Assembly (NCBI GenBank): GCA_964291265.2
Contig: OZ219747.1
Coordinates: 3,904,001 to 3,968,000, forward strand
DNA length: 64,000 nucleotides
Source: Alphaproteobacteria bacterium
GTDB lineage: Bacteria; Pseudomonadota; Alphaproteobacteria; SP197
Direction of reading: 5' to 3'
The notes below the pieces were generated by a model, which did no database searches, was not told the DNA's origin, and worked only from the letters and a program-made list of their open reading frames with translations. Position numbers and translations under genes: made by a program. Shown here in pieces: positions 62,361-64,000 of the stretch (positions are counted from its first letter, which is position 1; each line of letters starts with the position of its first letter).

Positions 62361-63186
62361 GGTGATTGTATCGTTGACTGAAAGGCGATGTTGCGGGATG
62401 TGTTGCGGGATGATGCGCGTGTGGTTTGGGGCCGCCTGCTCCGCCTCACTAAACGGCCAATGGAGGGCCGACCGCGCATGACGGACGATACCGAACACCG
62501 GCAGATTGTCTATCGGCTGCTTCCCGGGTCCCGGGAGAAGGCACGCAAGTTGGCTGCCCTTACGGACGCTTGCCGCTTCGTCTGGAACGCCATGCTCGAC
62601 CGGCTTCGAGCAACTCGTTGCCGCGGCGAGACTGGCGGGAGCGGAACGGCTGCCGAGCGTTTCGTTCTTCACGCTCGGCAAGGCATTCACACGGCTTCGC
62701 CGGTTTGCGCCGTGGTTGCAGGGGATGCCGTGTGCGCTTGAGCGCTCTGTCCTCCAGTACCAGGCGGGTGCGTGGCAACGATGTTTCAGGGGGCTGAGGC
62801 GGCCGCCCGAAATGCAAGCGGCGCGGGCATGACAGCGTGACGCTCCCGGACGCCATCCGCATCCTTCAGACGGCACGCTCCACGTTCAGGAAGATCGGGC
62901 CGATGACGCTGCGCCGCAGGGGAGGGAACCCATGCTCCGACGGCGTATCGGTCCGCGCCGTCATCAATCAGGCGGATTGACGGCACGTGGCATGCGATCC
63001 GCCCGCTGCAGGATGGCGGCTGTCGCGCACCGGCGACGATGGCGCCGTGACCGGCATCGACATGAACGTGGGCCAGGTGGCCACCAGCTTCATGCACCGG
63101 TGACGGACCGCCTCGAAGCGCGATGCCAGCGGTGGCAGCGCAGGATGTCGCGCGGCAGCAGGCGGCGTGAACGCACCCGCCGCCGC
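62361..63186 (+). pseudogene. tnpB: tnpB N-terminal remnant with left end
   Basis: IVYRLLPG...ACRFVWN, FFTLGKAFT.LR...PWL, GIDMNV, QRRMSRGSRRR; frameshifted; begins with the 62361-62386 repeat. Confidence 0.85.
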
Positions 63187-64000
63187 TGTTGATGGCTGCA
63201 TAGAACGGCGGGATTTCGGCGATTTGCCGCGCTTTGTCAGGGTCGTGTTTCTTCCCTGTTGTCAGGTCCTATTGTCACGTCCTGTTGTCGTGGTTTGAGT
63301 GTTCGGCTGGTTGTCTCCCCGAGCGCCGCCCGTCTTTTCCTATTGTCGTTTTGGTCCGGTTCGGGTTGTTCCGTCGGCCTCTGCTTCGGTCTTGGTGACG
63401 GTTGCCGGGAGGGTTCCGGTTCCGAGGCACTCGCGGGATCGTCTGTCTTCCCTGTGGTCTGGGTCGCGTTGTCCGGTCCCGGGGCGGCGACTTTGCCGCC
63501 GCCCCGGGTGGATGCTAGATCGGCATCGAAAGAAAGAGCGATGCGATGCCGGGCAGAGTTTTACCGACGCCCCCCGGCGCAGCACCCGGACGAGCCGGTC
63601 ACGGGGGACCGAACTCCCGTGTATTGTCGAGCCATTTTGCGTCCGGGTCCACCCCCGCTCTCGAGACGGATCGTGTGCACGACGGGACGACTGTTCAACT
63701 GCAAGCGGTGTCAGCGGCAGGTTGTTCTCTGCCGGTCGTGTGACCGGGGGCATGTGTATTGCTCCGATGAGTGCAGGGAATCGTCCCAGAGCGAGCAGCA
63801 CCGCGTGTCGCAGCGTCGCTATCAGAGCACGCCGAAGGGCTGTGAGGCGGGCCGTCGCCGTCAGGAGCGTTATCGGCGCCGCCAGGGGGACCGGGCGCGT
63901 GCGTTGAAGGCCATGGCGACGATGGTTGCCGAGATCATGGACACGCAGACGTCTGCTGTGGTGCTGCTTGGCGACGTTCCGGCGGTGTCTGGAGACGCCG
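63187..64000 (+). mobile_element. Left part of a probable IS21-like element (runs off the window)
   Basis: Abrupt TGTTGATGG... boundary cutting tnpB; Cys-rich ORF of a type I recall preceding istA. Confidence 0.5.
63673..64000 (+). CDS. Zn-finger-like hypothetical protein (partial)
   Basis: RLFNCKRCQRQVVLCRSCDRGHVYCSDEC...RQERYRRR from GTG 63673. Confidence 0.6.
   Translation, partial: MCTTGRLFNCKRCQRQVVLCRSCDRGHVYCSDECRESSQSEQHRVSQRRYQSTPKGCEAGRRRQERYRRRQGDRARALKAMATMVAEIMDTQTSAVVLLGDVPAVSGDA

Noticed and set aside
62387-62413. Short tandem TGTTGCGGGATG x2 as a CRISPR array or IS607 repeat array
   Set aside because: Only two adjacent units and no spacers; no CRISPR array was seen anywhere in the window.

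Overview
GC-rich alphaproteobacterial chromosome segment. The permuted two-piece tmRNA, sspB, thyX and the hflKC-degP-miaA...ilvBHC order support that assignment; a Rhodospirillales-like, possibly host-associated organism is my inference from the many pseudogenes and a giant FN3 autotransporter. The core backbone is ilvC/ilvH/ilvB, miaA, degP, hflC/hflK, mrp, thyX, ssrA, sspB, fumC, an Fe3+ ABC transporter, an AsmA-family gene, uvrD, prmA, pepP, dmpA, a dienelactone hydrolase and ltaE. Accessory DNA interrupts it in three places. (i) A ~4 kb binding protein / membrane sensor / OFA-MFS module lies between miaA and ilvB. (ii) A ~6 kb FN3 autotransporter has its natural start disconnected by a C11 tract, which looks like a phase-variation switch in the OFF state. 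(iii) A ~21 kb island between prmA and pepP carries a NYN nuclease; an intact four-gene operon (coiled-coil protein, degenerate and active DUF2791/BrxD-like P-loop ATPases, SNF2 helicase) that is the best candidate for an undescribed defence system; an ISKra4 element; a promoter-bearing mini GIY-YIG plus membrane-protein cassette inside a duplicated hsdM 3' end; an IS66 element interrupted by a group II intron; a second intron fragment with reprogrammed EBS1/EBS2; fic; and recD2. Two tnpB remnants are bounded by matching inverted ends. All calls come from reading motifs by eye; no database searches were run.
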